Origin: an uncultured Candidatus Saccharibacteria bacterium
Lineage (GTDB): Bacteria > Patescibacteriota > Minisyncoccia > Phycocordibacterales > DSPV01
DNA: 64,000 nt
Direction: 5' to 3'
NCBI GenBank assembly: GCA_964617735.1
Contig: CAZTXT010000001.1
Coordinates: 395,589-459,588, forward strand
Under the pieces are notes generated by a model. The model did not search any database. It was not told the origin of the DNA and saw nothing but the letters and a program-made list of their open reading frames with translations. Both the position numbers and the translations under genes were made by a program. Of the stretch, positions 28,554 through 37,977 are shown piece by piece. Numbering within the stretch: position 1 is the stretch's first letter; each line of letters begins with the position of its first letter.

Positions 28554-29420
28554 TCAAGCCAATCGAATCTCACCCGAAGTCTCTTTGATAAGTCCTTTTA
28601 TCTCGAGCACCGAGAGGGTCGTATTCGCTTCGCTTGTTGAAAGACTGGACTGACGGATGAGCTCATCGCGCGGCAGAGGCTCTTTCAAGAGTTCAAGCAA
28701 GATTCTCTCTATCGGTGAACAACTTGCGTAGTCGCGTTCAGAGACGGCTGTTTCTTTTGCTGCAAAACCTAGCGCATCTAGTATCTCCGCAGAGTTCGTT
28801 ATTGGCGTTGCGCCTTGCCGGAGAAGGAAATTCGGTCCTTCGGAGTTCATGGAGAAGACAGAACCGGGCACGGCGAATACATCGCGGTTGTATTCGGTGG
28901 CAAGGCGCGAGGTTATCATCGTTCCCGATTTCTTCTCCGCTTCTATGACGAGCACGGCGTGCGATACGCCGGCCATGATGCGATTTCTCTGGGGAAAGGC
29001 GTACGGTGTTGCCTTGAAGCCAGGCTCAAACTCCGAAAAGAGCGCACCACCCGCCTTCACGATCTGTTTTGCGAGTTGCAGATGCGACGCGGGATAGAGC
29101 ACGTTCCAGTCCAAACCGGAACCAGGAAAGGCAAGCGTTGTGAGTCCAGCCGCGAGTGCGGCTTTATGAGCGATGGAGTCAATGCCCAGCGCGAGGCCAG
29201 AGACTAGGGTGATAGGGTATCCTCTAAGACCTGCAATGAGTTTCTCGCACGCTTCTTTTCCGTAGTTGGAATATTTTCGCGCGCCGACGACGGCCAGGAA
29301 TTTATTTTCGTTCCAGTGGGGAAGTTCTCCGCGATAGTAGAGCTGTCGGGGTGGTTCGGGAATTTCCCGCAGTCGTTCGGGAAAGTCCGACAGGGAAAGG
29401 GTTTTGATATCATCCTTCAT
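28554..29420 (-). CDS. dprA: DNA-processing protein DprA
   Basis: AVVGAR, VSGLALGIDSIAH, FPQRNRIMAG and EAEKKSG motifs. Confidence 0.95.
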   Translation of the reverse strand: MKDDIKTLSLSDFPERLREIPEPPRQLYYRGELPHWNENKFLAVVGARKYSNYGKEACEKLIAGLRGYPITLVSGLALGIDSIAHKAALAAGLTTLAFPGSGLDWNVLYPASHLQLAKQIVKAGGALFSEFEPGFKATPYAFPQRNRIMAGVSHAVLVIEAEKKSGTMITSRLATEYNRDVFAVPGSVFSMNSEGPNFLLRQGATPITNSAEILDALGFAAKETAVSERDYASCSPIERILLELLKEPLPRDELIRQSSLSTSEANTTLSVLEIKGLIKETSGEIRLA

Positions 29421-29541
29421 GTTTATGAATAGCTTATATAGTACCAGAATGAGCGCACCACAAGAGAAGCGCTCTGCACAGGTCTCCGAGCCTTTCCTAA
29501 AGTGAGCTGATGTTCTACTATATAGGTCAGCAAATGTTCTT

Positions 29542-29730
29542 ATGCCTCGATTAAGAAACATCTCATCAGAAACAGTAGACAATCGTCTGCGCCGCCAGTT
29601 CGAACAGATCCGAGCCGCGCAGGAAATGGAGGAAGCGGAAGCCGAACCAACAGCATCCGCGCCGACCAGGGCCTCTGCCCATGAGCCCCATGTTGCCCAC
29701 TACTTCGATCCGGCACTGCATATGGATTGA
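29542..29730 (+). CDS. Small hypothetical protein
   Basis: 62 aa ORF followed by a GCGGAGC/GCTCCGC-T8 terminator. Confidence 0.45.
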   Translation: MPRLRNISSETVDNRLRRQFEQIRAAQEMEEAEAEPTASAPTRASAHEPHVAHYFDPALHMD

Positions 29731-29831
29731 ATTGAGCGCCCGGTATATCCACGGCGGAGCATTCCCAGCTCCGCTTTTTTTATTCCGCCGATTTTGTTAT
29801 TCTTTTATCTATATATCCTAGTGAGCACTCT

Positions 29832-31100
29832 GTGTTAGATATCAAATTTATCCGGGAGAATAGTGAACTTATCGATCTGGCCGCCAAAAAGAAGCGGATA
29901 AAATTCGACGTGAAGAGTCTTGTAAAGATTGACGACGAGCGCCGCGCCCTCCTCACCTCCATCGAGAAGAAGCGCGCGGAGCAAAACGAGTTCTCCGGAA
30001 CTATCGCCAAGACGCCGGCGGGCGCGGCGCGGGACGTCCTCCTCTCGAAAATGAAATCGCTCAAAGAGGCAATGCAGGTTGAAGAGGAGAAACTCGCCGA
30101 AGTGATGAAGAAATGGCGGAGACTGATGCTCGATGTGCCGAACATTCCGGATATGTCCGTACCTGATGGCGAGAACGACGAACAGAACCAAGAGCTTCGC
30201 ACGTGGGGGAAAAAGACCGCGTTCGATTTCGAACCGAAGAACCACATCCAGCTCGCCGAGGCGCTCGACCTTGCCGATTTCGAGCGCGGCGCTGAAGTCT
30301 CCGGCTTCCGCGGCTATTTCCTCAAGAATGAGGGAGCGCTGCTGCAATTCGCACTCTTCCATTTCATCACCGCATTCTTCCGCACGAAGAAATTCACGCC
30401 GCTGATCGTACCTTCGCTGGTGCGACGCGACACCTTGCTCGGCACCGGCTATCTGCCCCAGGGTGAGGAAGACCTCTATCATACGCAGGACAATGATTAC
30501 CTCGCGGGTACGGGCGAGGTCGCGACGATGGCTTATTTTGCCGACAAGGTACTCTCCAAACAGGACCTACCGCAGAAGCTGCTCGCTTTCTCCGATTGTT
30601 TCCGCCGCGAGGCAGGGAGCCATGGCAAAGACACCAAAGGGCTTATGCGAGTGCATGAGTTCTACAAGTTCGAACAAGTCGTCCTCTGTGAAGCTTCTCA
30701 TGAGATCAGCGTTAGTTTCCACGAAGAGCTGCTCTCGAATGCCGAAGCCCTTATGCAGGCGCTCGAGATCCCGTATCGCGTTGTCGTCAACTGCACGGGA
30801 GATCTTGGTCAGGGTCAGGTAAAGAAATACGACATCGAAGCGTGGGTGCCTTCGGAGAAGAGATACCGCGAAACGCATTCATGTTCGTATTTCCATGACT
30901 TCCAAACGCGCCGCCTCAATATAAAGTACAAAGACGAAGAAGGGAAAGCGCGCTTCGCGCACTCGCTCAACAACACCGGCCTTGCCCTGCCGCGCATTCT
31001 CATTCCGATACTTGAGAACAACCAGCAGGCTGATGGCTCCATTAAGATTCCCAAGGTGCTGGTTGAATACCTGGGAATGGATCGGATCGGTTTGCACTAG
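29832..31100 (+). CDS. serS: Serine--tRNA ligase
   Basis: MLDIKFIREN, FRREAGSHGKDTKGLMRVHEF and HSLNNTG motifs. Confidence 0.96.
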   Translation: MLDIKFIRENSELIDLAAKKKRIKFDVKSLVKIDDERRALLTSIEKKRAEQNEFSGTIAKTPAGAARDVLLSKMKSLKEAMQVEEEKLAEVMKKWRRLMLDVPNIPDMSVPDGENDEQNQELRTWGKKTAFDFEPKNHIQLAEALDLADFERGAEVSGFRGYFLKNEGALLQFALFHFITAFFRTKKFTPLIVPSLVRRDTLLGTGYLPQGEEDLYHTQDNDYLAGTGEVATMAYFADKVLSKQDLPQKLLAFSDCFRREAGSHGKDTKGLMRVHEFYKFEQVVLCEASHEISVSFHEELLSNAEALMQALEIPYRVVVNCTGDLGQGQVKKYDIEAWVPSEKRYRETHSCSYFHDFQTRRLNIKYKDEEGKARFAHSLNNTGLALPRILIPILENNQQADGSIKIPKVLVEYLGMDRIGLH

Positions 31101-31110
31101 ACGCACTCTC

Positions 31111-31968
31111 ATGCCGGATCTCTTTGGGAGACAGTTTCGTTCGCGGCCGGGTCGTCTCGCACGCCGCCGGCGGGAGAAGGTCTTGCTCTACATCGTGCTC
31201 TACAGCGCGTTCCTCTTTGCATTTGTCGGGTTACTCTCCTATCTCTCCTTTCGACCGGAATACCGCATCGAAGAGATACGAGTCGAGGGCAATCGGCTCA
31301 TCCCTGCGCGCGCGCTTGTAGAAGAGAGCGCGAAGGTTCTTGACGGAGCGTATGGTGGTCTCTTCTCGCGGCGCAATCGTTTCATTTATCCGAGTGGTGC
31401 GCTCGCCAAGCATCTGTACGCGTCTTTTTTCGCCCTGCGTAATCTTTCTCTGCAGGCGGTATCACCGAACCTTCTTGCTATCACGGTTACTGAACGCAAG
31501 CCCATAGCTTTGTGGTGCGCGGGAATGGAGTCGGTGGGTGAGCAGGTAAGCCCGTGTTATTTTTTGGACGAGGACGGGCTTTTGTTCGCAGCCTCCCCGG
31601 ATATATCCCCCGGCGTCTATCGACGTTTCTTCGGTTCGATTTCTTCGAGCACTCCGGCGGTCGGGGAGACGGTCATGGCGCCGGATGTGTTCAGAGAGCT
31701 CAACTTGTTTTTGGATTCGCTCGGTACATTCGATCTCACTCCGTCTGCGGTGACGTTCATTCCCAATCCCGGGGGCAATCTCGACTATTCGATCGAAGTC
31801 GGAGGCGGGGCGCGGCTTCTCATCAGCGGGACTCGGCGTCTTCAAGAGACATTGAGCGACATCACGGCTTTTTTCAATGACCCAGAGATCTTAGGGAGTA
31901 GGAAGCAGTTCATCAGTCGGCTCGACTACATCGATTTTCGGTTCGCGAACAAAGTCTATTACAAATAA
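31111..31968 (+). CDS. FtsQ/DivIB-like cell division protein (POTRA)
   Basis: Basic N-tail, single TM, IEEIRVEGN, ITVTERKP, FLDEDG and C-terminal YIDFRF. Confidence 0.75.
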   Translation: MPDLFGRQFRSRPGRLARRRREKVLLYIVLYSAFLFAFVGLLSYLSFRPEYRIEEIRVEGNRLIPARALVEESAKVLDGAYGGLFSRRNRFIYPSGALAKHLYASFFALRNLSLQAVSPNLLAITVTERKPIALWCAGMESVGEQVSPCYFLDEDGLLFAASPDISPGVYRRFFGSISSSTPAVGETVMAPDVFRELNLFLDSLGTFDLTPSAVTFIPNPGGNLDYSIEVGGGARLLISGTRRLQETLSDITAFFNDPEILGSRKQFISRLDYIDFRFANKVYYK

Positions 31969-32062
31969 AATTGAATTGACCCGGTGAACCTCGGGCGGTC
32001 TTAAACAGAAAGATATTCACTTAGGGTCCGATTGCACCCTCTAAATCGGCTATAATTATCTG

Positions 32063-32452
32063 ATGAGTTATTTCTTCATCCTGCCGAGCTACCTGACCTG
32101 GCATTATTCGGAAGCCTTCAAAGATATTACGAGGGTGTGGACCAATTTCCTTTGGTTCATCTTCAATTTCTTCTCCATCACGATCCTTCTAAAGACCTTC
32201 TTCTCGCCATGGCGGCGCATTCAGGAGGGGCGCACGAAAGAAGGATTCCATCCGGAAGATATCGCGGAAGCGTTCGTGACTACGACGGTCATGCGCATCA
32301 TCGGCATGATGCTGCGCAGCTTTATCATCATCGTCGGGCTTTTGGTTACGCTCGCGGTCTTCTGGGGCGGATTGTTGTTCTATGCGGTCTGGATGCTCTT
32401 GCCGGTGTTGGTCCCTGTTTCGTTTATCTATGGTTTATCGCTCTTGGTATGA
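32063..32452 (+). CDS. Small membrane protein coupled to the downstream Clp-like ATPase
   Basis: FSITILLKTFFSPWRR motif; stop overlaps the next ATG (ATGA). Confidence 0.7.
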   Translation: MSYFFILPSYLTWHYSEAFKDITRVWTNFLWFIFNFFSITILLKTFFSPWRRIQEGRTKEGFHPEDIAEAFVTTTVMRIIGMMLRSFIIIVGLLVTLAVFWGGLLFYAVWMLLPVLVPVSFIYGLSLLV

Positions 32453-34923
32453 CGTATGCAGAATTGAAAAACGCGACTGCTGACTTCAATCCCGCTATCG
32501 CCGCGGACCATGTCTTTCCGCGCACCCTGCGCGAGCGGCTACTCGCGGCGTTCTCCGTACTCTGTTTTATCACCGGAGCGGTCGGGCTGCTCTCCGTTTT
32601 TCCTGCACTGATGCATGTCTTGGTGAGCGTCTATCCCGCTGCCGCTTCGATCACCACTGCTGTCGGCGGCGTATTCTTCATCATGCTTCCGTTCCTGCTA
32701 CTTATTTTTATGGTGCACACGTTCGTCAACGCGTATTACTTTCGTGGTTTCGATCACGTGCATGTGCTCGGCGAGCGGCTGCCGACGGCGGGACTGCGGG
32801 TGAGCTTTGAGGTCGCGCTGTTCTGCTTCGGCGCCAATGAGAGCGATCTGACCGATTCTTTCATCAGATTTTCCTATGGGGGTCTGATGTTTTTGCGCGC
32901 AGGGCTCACCGCCCAGGATCTTGGAGGATTCTTGCAGAATAGGACAGGAAGGCTCGACCCGGCGCAGTTTTCCGTTACACCCTCCGATCCTGATGCGCTG
33001 CGGGTATTTGATCTGGCGCTGGCGATCTATCGCGAGGATAAGGAATTATCCGATTTTTTATTCGCGCACGGTGTGCAAGAGAAGAATTTCGTCGAAGCCG
33101 CGCAGTGGGTCTCGCGGGACATGCTCACCTACAAAAAGCGCGCTCGTTGGTGGTCGCGCGACAATCTCGGCCGTGTCGAAGGCATCGCGAAAGATTGGTC
33201 CTACGGAACGGCCTATCGCTTGCGCCGCTATGCATACGATCTGACCAAAGACCGCCTCTCGCCGCTCTCAACGAAGCCCAAATACATCCGCGACGAAGTC
33301 GAACGCATCGAGGCGGCTCTTTCAAAGCGCAAAGAGGCGAATGCGCTTATCGTCGGCGAGGATGGCGGCAGCAAGATGGAGGTTTTGCGCGGGTTCACTT
33401 CAGCGATACAGGAAGGAACGATCTTTCCGGCGCTTGAGCACAAAAAGGTATATCTATTCGACGCGAATCGTCTTATCTCGGATACGGGGGAAAAGACCCG
33501 GTTCGAGCACGAACTTATCAGGCTCCTCGATGAAGCAGCCGCTTCGGGAAATGTCATCATGGCGATCGTTGATTTTCCGGCGCTCATGGAGAGCGCAAGC
33601 AAACTGGGTTCCGGAGTGGTAGGACTTCTCTCTCCCTATCTCGACAGCGCAGCCCTACAGTTCATCTGCCTGGCGAGCCCGATGCCGTTCCATCAGGTGA
33701 TCGAGACGGATGGAACCCTTTCGGCGAAATTCGATACCATCATACTCGCCGAAGGCGAATCGCTCGACATTCTCCAGACCCTGCAGGATGAAGCGTCGGA
33801 CATCGAAGCGCGCTACCGTCTCTCTATCTCACAACCGGTGCTGTCGCTTGTTGCAGAGAGCGCCGATCGCTATGTCACCGAGGGAATGATGCCCGATAAA
33901 GCGATCGATCTTCTCAACGAAATAGCCGCGAAGGCGGTCCAGGAGGGCAAGCGCATCCTTACCCGGGAAGAGGTGCTTTCGTTCGTGAAAGCCAAGACCG
34001 GCATTCCGACCGGCAGTGTGACGAGCGAAGAGAAGCAAAAGCTCGTGAAGCTCGAGGAGTTATTACATCAACGGGTCATTGGGCAGGACGAAGCCGTGAA
34101 TGCCATTGCGAATGCGATGCGGCGCTCCCGTGCGGGCGTCGGGAACCCGAATCGTCCGATGGGGTCGTTCCTTTTCATGGGGCCGACCGGTGTGGGGAAG
34201 ACCGAGACGACGAAAGCGCTCGCACAAGCCTTCTTCGGTGACGAAAATCGTATTTTGCGCCTTGATATGTCCGAGTATACGTCTGCCGACGCGCTCTCCA
34301 AGCTCATCGGCTCGTTCCAAACCAATACTCCCGGCGTGTTGACCTCGCTTTTGCGCGAAAAGCCGTATGGCGTGCTTTTGCTCGACGAATTCGAGAAGAC
34401 GACGAGAGAGGTGATGGATCTCTTTCTGCAGGTGCTCGACGAGGGAATGTTCTCTGATATGCACGGCAAGCGGGTGAATGCGCGCAATCTCATTATCATT
34501 GCAACGTCGAATGCCGGCAGCGAGATGATCTTTGAATATCTCAAGCGTGGCGAGGACATTGCGCAAAAGCGTAATGAGATCATCGAGGCGGTCATAGCGC
34601 AGGGAATATTCCGCCCCGAATTTCTCAATCGCTTCGACGGCGTCATCCTTTTCCATCCGATCGATGTCGAGCGATTGCGCGAGGTGGCGCGGCTTATGCT
34701 CGAGCGCTTCCGCTCCCGCATTCGCGCGCGTGGCATTGATCTTGAAGTCACCGATGATCTGGTGAATTACCTGATGAAATTCGGCTCTGATCCGAAATTC
34801 GGCGCGCGTCCGATGAACCGCGCGATACAAGACATCGTCGAGCAGAAGATCGCCGACAAGATCATCAAGGGAGAGATCATGCCGGGACAAAAAATTCGGC
34901 TAACCGAGACTGATCTTACCTAG
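32449..34923 (+). CDS. Membrane-anchored ClpA/B-family AAA+ ATPase with degenerate NBD1
   Basis: Two N-terminal TM helices; NBD2 [15 protein letters not shown] intact; NBD1 GEDGGSKM/IVDF degenerate. Confidence 0.8.
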   Translation: MTYAELKNATADFNPAIAADHVFPRTLRERLLAAFSVLCFITGAVGLLSVFPALMHVLVSVYPAAASITTAVGGVFFIMLPFLLLIFMVHTFVNAYYFRGFDHVHVLGERLPTAGLRVSFEVALFCFGANESDLTDSFIRFSYGGLMFLRAGLTAQDLGGFLQNRTGRLDPAQFSVTPSDPDALRVFDLALAIYREDKELSDFLFAHGVQEKNFVEAAQWVSRDMLTYKKRARWWSRDNLGRVEGIAKDWSYGTAYRLRRYAYDLTKDRLSPLSTKPKYIRDEVERIEAALSKRKEANALIVGEDGGSKMEVLRGFTSAIQEGTIFPALEHKKVYLFDANRLISDTGEKTRFEHELIRLLDEAAASGNVIMAIVDFPALMESASKLGSGVVGLLSPYLDSAALQFICLASPMPFHQVIETDGTLSAKFDTIILAEGESLDILQTLQDEASDIEARYRLSISQPVLSLVAESADRYVTEGMMPDKAIDLLNEIAAKAVQEGKRILTREEVLSFVKAKTGIPTGSVTSEEKQKLVKLEELLHQRVIGQDEAVNAIANAMRRSRAGVGNPNRPMGSFLFMGPTGVGKTETTKALAQAFFGDENRILRLDMSEYTSADALSKLIGSFQTNTPGVLTSLLREKPYGVLLLDEFEKTTREVMDLFLQVLDEGMFSDMHGKRVNARNLIIIATSNAGSEMIFEYLKRGEDIAQKRNEIIEAVIAQGIFRPEFLNRFDGVILFHPIDVERLREVARLMLERFRSRIRARGIDLEVTDDLVNYLMKFGSDPKFGARPMNRAIQDIVEQKIADKIIKGEIMPGQKIRLTETDLT

Positions 34924-34933
34924 CATCTTTCGA

Positions 34934-35097
34934 TTGACAGTTGATCGAGGGCCGATATATCATAGAGTTCAAGCATGGTCCGACAAAACGTAAGCTTTTA
35001 TTTCTTCTTTTTTGAGGACTCTCGTTGAGAGCTGATTTTTGCGGTACTAAGAACTAGACTTCAAAAATGGGCTCTCAACGGAGCCCATTTTGATTTC
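34934..35097 (+). promoter_or_regulatory. Promoter plus ribosome-mediated transcription attenuator
   Basis: Mutually exclusive pairings 35023-35041:35062-35080 (antiterminator) and 35061-35074:35081-35093 (terminator). Confidence 0.65.
34975..35028 (+). CDS. Phe-rich leader peptide MVRQNVSFYFFFFEDSR
   Basis: 17-codon ORF with 5 Phe codons in 6 positions, just after a TTGACA...TATCAT promoter. Confidence 0.7.
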   Translation: MVRQNVSFYFFFFEDSR

Positions 35098-35158
35098 GCG
35101 CTTCCGGGTGGAAGAGGGCGAGCGCAGTTCTTCGTAGCATAGATATAGAGCATGTGAT

Positions 35159-35416
35159 ATGAAAACGAATGGCAAAAGAAAGGTTAGCCTGCTTCAGCGC
35201 GGGACATGGGTATTCCTGAAGTCCGAGTTCGTCAATGGCGCTAGTAAGCCAAAGGATAAAAGAACCTATCCCGCAGGAACGCGCGGATTCGTAAAGTCCA
35301 GTTTCCGCGATGGACTCGAGCTCATCATGGATGACCCGCCAGGAGTCACGTATTCCCGGAAAGATATCTGGGCGGATCGTCGCACTATAAGCACCACGCG
35401 CATCGTCGCCGCGTAG
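35159..35416 (+). CDS. Small basic hypothetical protein (possibly SH3-like beta barrel)
   Basis: 85 aa ORF with YPAGTRGFV; followed by a terminator at 35425-35453. Confidence 0.6.
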   Translation: MKTNGKRKVSLLQRGTWVFLKSEFVNGASKPKDKRTYPAGTRGFVKSSFRDGLELIMDDPPGVTYSRKDIWADRRTISTTRIVAA

Positions 35417-35491
35417 CGAAACAGAAGAGCCGAGAGAAATTCTCTCGGCTCTTTATTTGTCTCACCACGGGGCTTTTGTTAAGGTGAGACG

Positions 35492-36448
35492 ATGCATAAG
35501 GGATTTTGGGGCAAGCTCAAGAAACCGATACTGGCGCTCGCGCCAATGGCCGATGTCACCGATGCGGCATTCCGCGCGATCATCGCGAAGTACGGAAAGC
35601 CGGATATCATGTTCACCGAGTTTACCTCGGCGGATGGGCTCTGTTCGGCAGGGAAAGAGAAACTCTTGGTGAATTTGAGCTATTCAGAGGCCGAGCGGCC
35701 CATCGTCGCACAGCTTTTCTCTGCAAGACCGGATAAGATGTTCGAAGCCGCGCAGCTCGTACACTCGCTTGGCTTTGACGGCCTTGATATTAATATGGGT
35801 TGCCCCGACCGTGGTGTCTGCAAACAAGGGGCCGGCGGTGCGCTTATCAAAAAGCCAGAACTTGCGGTCGAGATCATCCGTGCCGCTCAAGAGGGGGCAG
35901 GGAATTTACCTGTCTCGGTCAAGACGCGCATCGGTTACAGCAGAGATGAGCTTGCAGCATGGCTACCGGCACTTCTCGAGACTGAACCGGCCGCCATAAC
36001 GATTCATGCGCGAACAGTAAAAGAGCTGTCAAAAGTACCGGCACGCTGGAGTCATGTGGCGGAAGCAGTGCGAATCCGGGATTCGTTTAAGAGCAAAACA
36101 TATATCCTCGGCAACGGCGATCTGCTCGACCTTGATGATGCAAAAAAGAAAGTTCACGAGACTAATGCTGACGGTGCGATGCTCGGGCGAGCGATTTTCG
36201 GCAACCCGTGGCTTTTTTCCGGGAGGACGCCGCTCATCCCTGAAAAACTCAAGGTACTAGAGGAGCATATAGACCTATTCGGCAACTATTTCAGGGGCAA
36301 AAAGAATTTCGGGCTTATGAAAAAGCACTTCAAGGCTTATATTTCTGGTTTTGATGGTGCGAAAGAACTTAGGAATGAGCTTATGAAGTGTGAGGACTCG
36401 AAGCAGGTAAAACGAAGAATCGAGGTTTGGATAAGTGCCTCTAAATAA
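35492..36448 (+). CDS. tRNA-dihydrouridine synthase (Dus family)
   Basis: LAPMADVTD, DINMGCP, VSVKTRIG, IHART, GNGD and MLGRAIFGNPW motifs. Confidence 0.92.
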   Translation: MHKGFWGKLKKPILALAPMADVTDAAFRAIIAKYGKPDIMFTEFTSADGLCSAGKEKLLVNLSYSEAERPIVAQLFSARPDKMFEAAQLVHSLGFDGLDINMGCPDRGVCKQGAGGALIKKPELAVEIIRAAQEGAGNLPVSVKTRIGYSRDELAAWLPALLETEPAAITIHARTVKELSKVPARWSHVAEAVRIRDSFKSKTYILGNGDLLDLDDAKKKVHETNADGAMLGRAIFGNPWLFSGRTPLIPEKLKVLEEHIDLFGNYFRGKKNFGLMKKHFKAYISGFDGAKELRNELMKCEDSKQVKRRIEVWISASK

Positions 36449-36511
36449 GGACTTTTCAGGATTTTAACGATGAATTATTGACACAATCGTGTATATATGC
36501 TACTGTGGTGA

Positions 36512-36633
36512 GCGGACAGCTGTAAACACCAACTATCTCATGCACCCCTCGCAATTTGGCTAACTACGCATCCAGGAATTGAATCCTGAATCACATCTCG
36601 TATACCGCTCCGATCTATGTCGGGGCGGTTTTT
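36512..36633 (+). ncRNA. Candidate stand-alone small transcript (contains micro-ORF MHPSQFG)
   Basis: TTGACA-17-TACTGT extended promoter at 36478-36506 and terminator at 36604-36633. Confidence 0.5.
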
Positions 36634-36714
36634 GATGTCACAGTTCGCTTCGCCCATCTATCTTCTTTTCCCCAGTCCCACTTGAAATGAGATAAGTGTG
36701 GTTTACAATGCAGG

Positions 36715-36834
36715 CAGGCATCACCTAAATGCCGCAAAGAAAGACAACATGAAAATAATTGCTTTATGCGTGTAAAGGAGGTGATCTAATATCTAGGACG
36801 GCGATCGGGGTTCTCCTGATCGCCGTTTCTTTTT
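36715..36834 (+). ncRNA. Candidate small RNA with a 13-nt complement to the 16S 3' end
   Basis: TTGAAA...TACAAT promoter, AAAGGAGGTGATC at 36774-36786, terminator at 36798-36834. Confidence 0.55.
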
Positions 36835-36868
36835 GGTCGGATACGGAAAGCTCTGTTATACTTTGTGT

Positions 36869-37918
36869 ATGAAAGAGGGTGAATTGGCTCTGTATCGCAA
36901 GTATCGGCCTTCGAGCTTCAAAGAAGTCTTGGGTCAGGAACATGTGACGAACGTCCTTGAAGGCGCTATCGCGCTCGGCCGCATCTCCCATGCGTATCTC
37001 TTCGCTGGCTCGCGGGGAACCGGCAAGACATCGGTTGCCCGCATTTTCGCTAAGGCTCTTGGCACTGGTACAGAAGATATCTACGAGATCGACGCGGCGT
37101 CCAATACCGGCGTTGACGATGTTCGCGCCCTCACTGAATCAGTCAATGTCTTACCGTTTAGATCAACGTACAAAGTCTACATCGTTGACGAAGTGCACAT
37201 GCTCTCCAAGCAGGCATTCAACGCGCTCCTCAAAACCCTCGAAGAGCCGCCGGCGCACGTTATTTTTATTTTAGCGACCACCGAAGTCGAGAAACTGCCC
37301 GAGACCGTCGTATCGCGCTGTCAAGTGTTCACGTTCCGGCGTCCCGCGCAGACGACGCTCGCTGCGGTAGTCAGTAGCACCGCGAAGAAGGAAGGTTTCT
37401 CGTTAGAGGGTTCTTCAGCCGACCTCATCGCGCTTTTAGCCGATGGAAGTTTCCGCGATGCGCAGGGGATTTTGCAGAAAGTCATTACGGCTTCTTCCGA
37501 CAAAAAAGTCTCGATCGAAGAGGTGGAGATGGTAACCGGCGCGCCCCGGGGCGCAGTCATCAATGATCTCATCGCCGCCATCCATGATCGCACGCTCGAT
37601 GCTGCGCTTTTGCTCGTCTCAAAAGTCGCCCGGCAGAATACCGATGCGAAAGTCTTTTTGAAACTGCTCCTGCGCAAAGTCCGTTTTATCCTCTTGTTGC
37701 GGTACGCGCCGGGTATGAAAGAGAAGATACGCTCCGAGCTTTCAGCGGAAGACGCGGCATTCATCGCGCCGTTCTCGAACGATCGCAATTCGCCCGTCAA
37801 CGAGCAGGCACTTTTGCTATTGCTTGAGGCGTACGATGCGGTGGGGCGCTCTTATGTTCCCGAACTGCCCCTTGAACTCGCGCTCATCAAACTCTTAGGA
37901 TCTGGCAGTAGCGCGTAG
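36869..37918 (+). CDS. dnaX: DNA polymerase III subunit gamma/tau (short form)
   Basis: [41 protein letters not shown] and SRC motifs. Confidence 0.95.
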   Translation: MKEGELALYRKYRPSSFKEVLGQEHVTNVLEGAIALGRISHAYLFAGSRGTGKTSVARIFAKALGTGTEDIYEIDAASNTGVDDVRALTESVNVLPFRSTYKVYIVDEVHMLSKQAFNALLKTLEEPPAHVIFILATTEVEKLPETVVSRCQVFTFRRPAQTTLAAVVSSTAKKEGFSLEGSSADLIALLADGSFRDAQGILQKVITASSDKKVSIEEVEMVTGAPRGAVINDLIAAIHDRTLDAALLLVSKVARQNTDAKVFLKLLLRKVRFILLLRYAPGMKEKIRSELSAEDAAFIAPFSNDRNSPVNEQALLLLLEAYDAVGRSYVPELPLELALIKLLGSGSSA

Positions 37919-37977
37919 TCTCCCAATTTACTTTACACACCCGAGATTATAAGCTATACGCTATAGGCGTTTTATAG

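Noticed and set aside
36478-36834. SRP (4.5S) RNA, expected near dnaX in some bacteria
   Set aside because: No helix-8 motif (TCAGG..GGAAGGAAGCAGC-like) on either strand.
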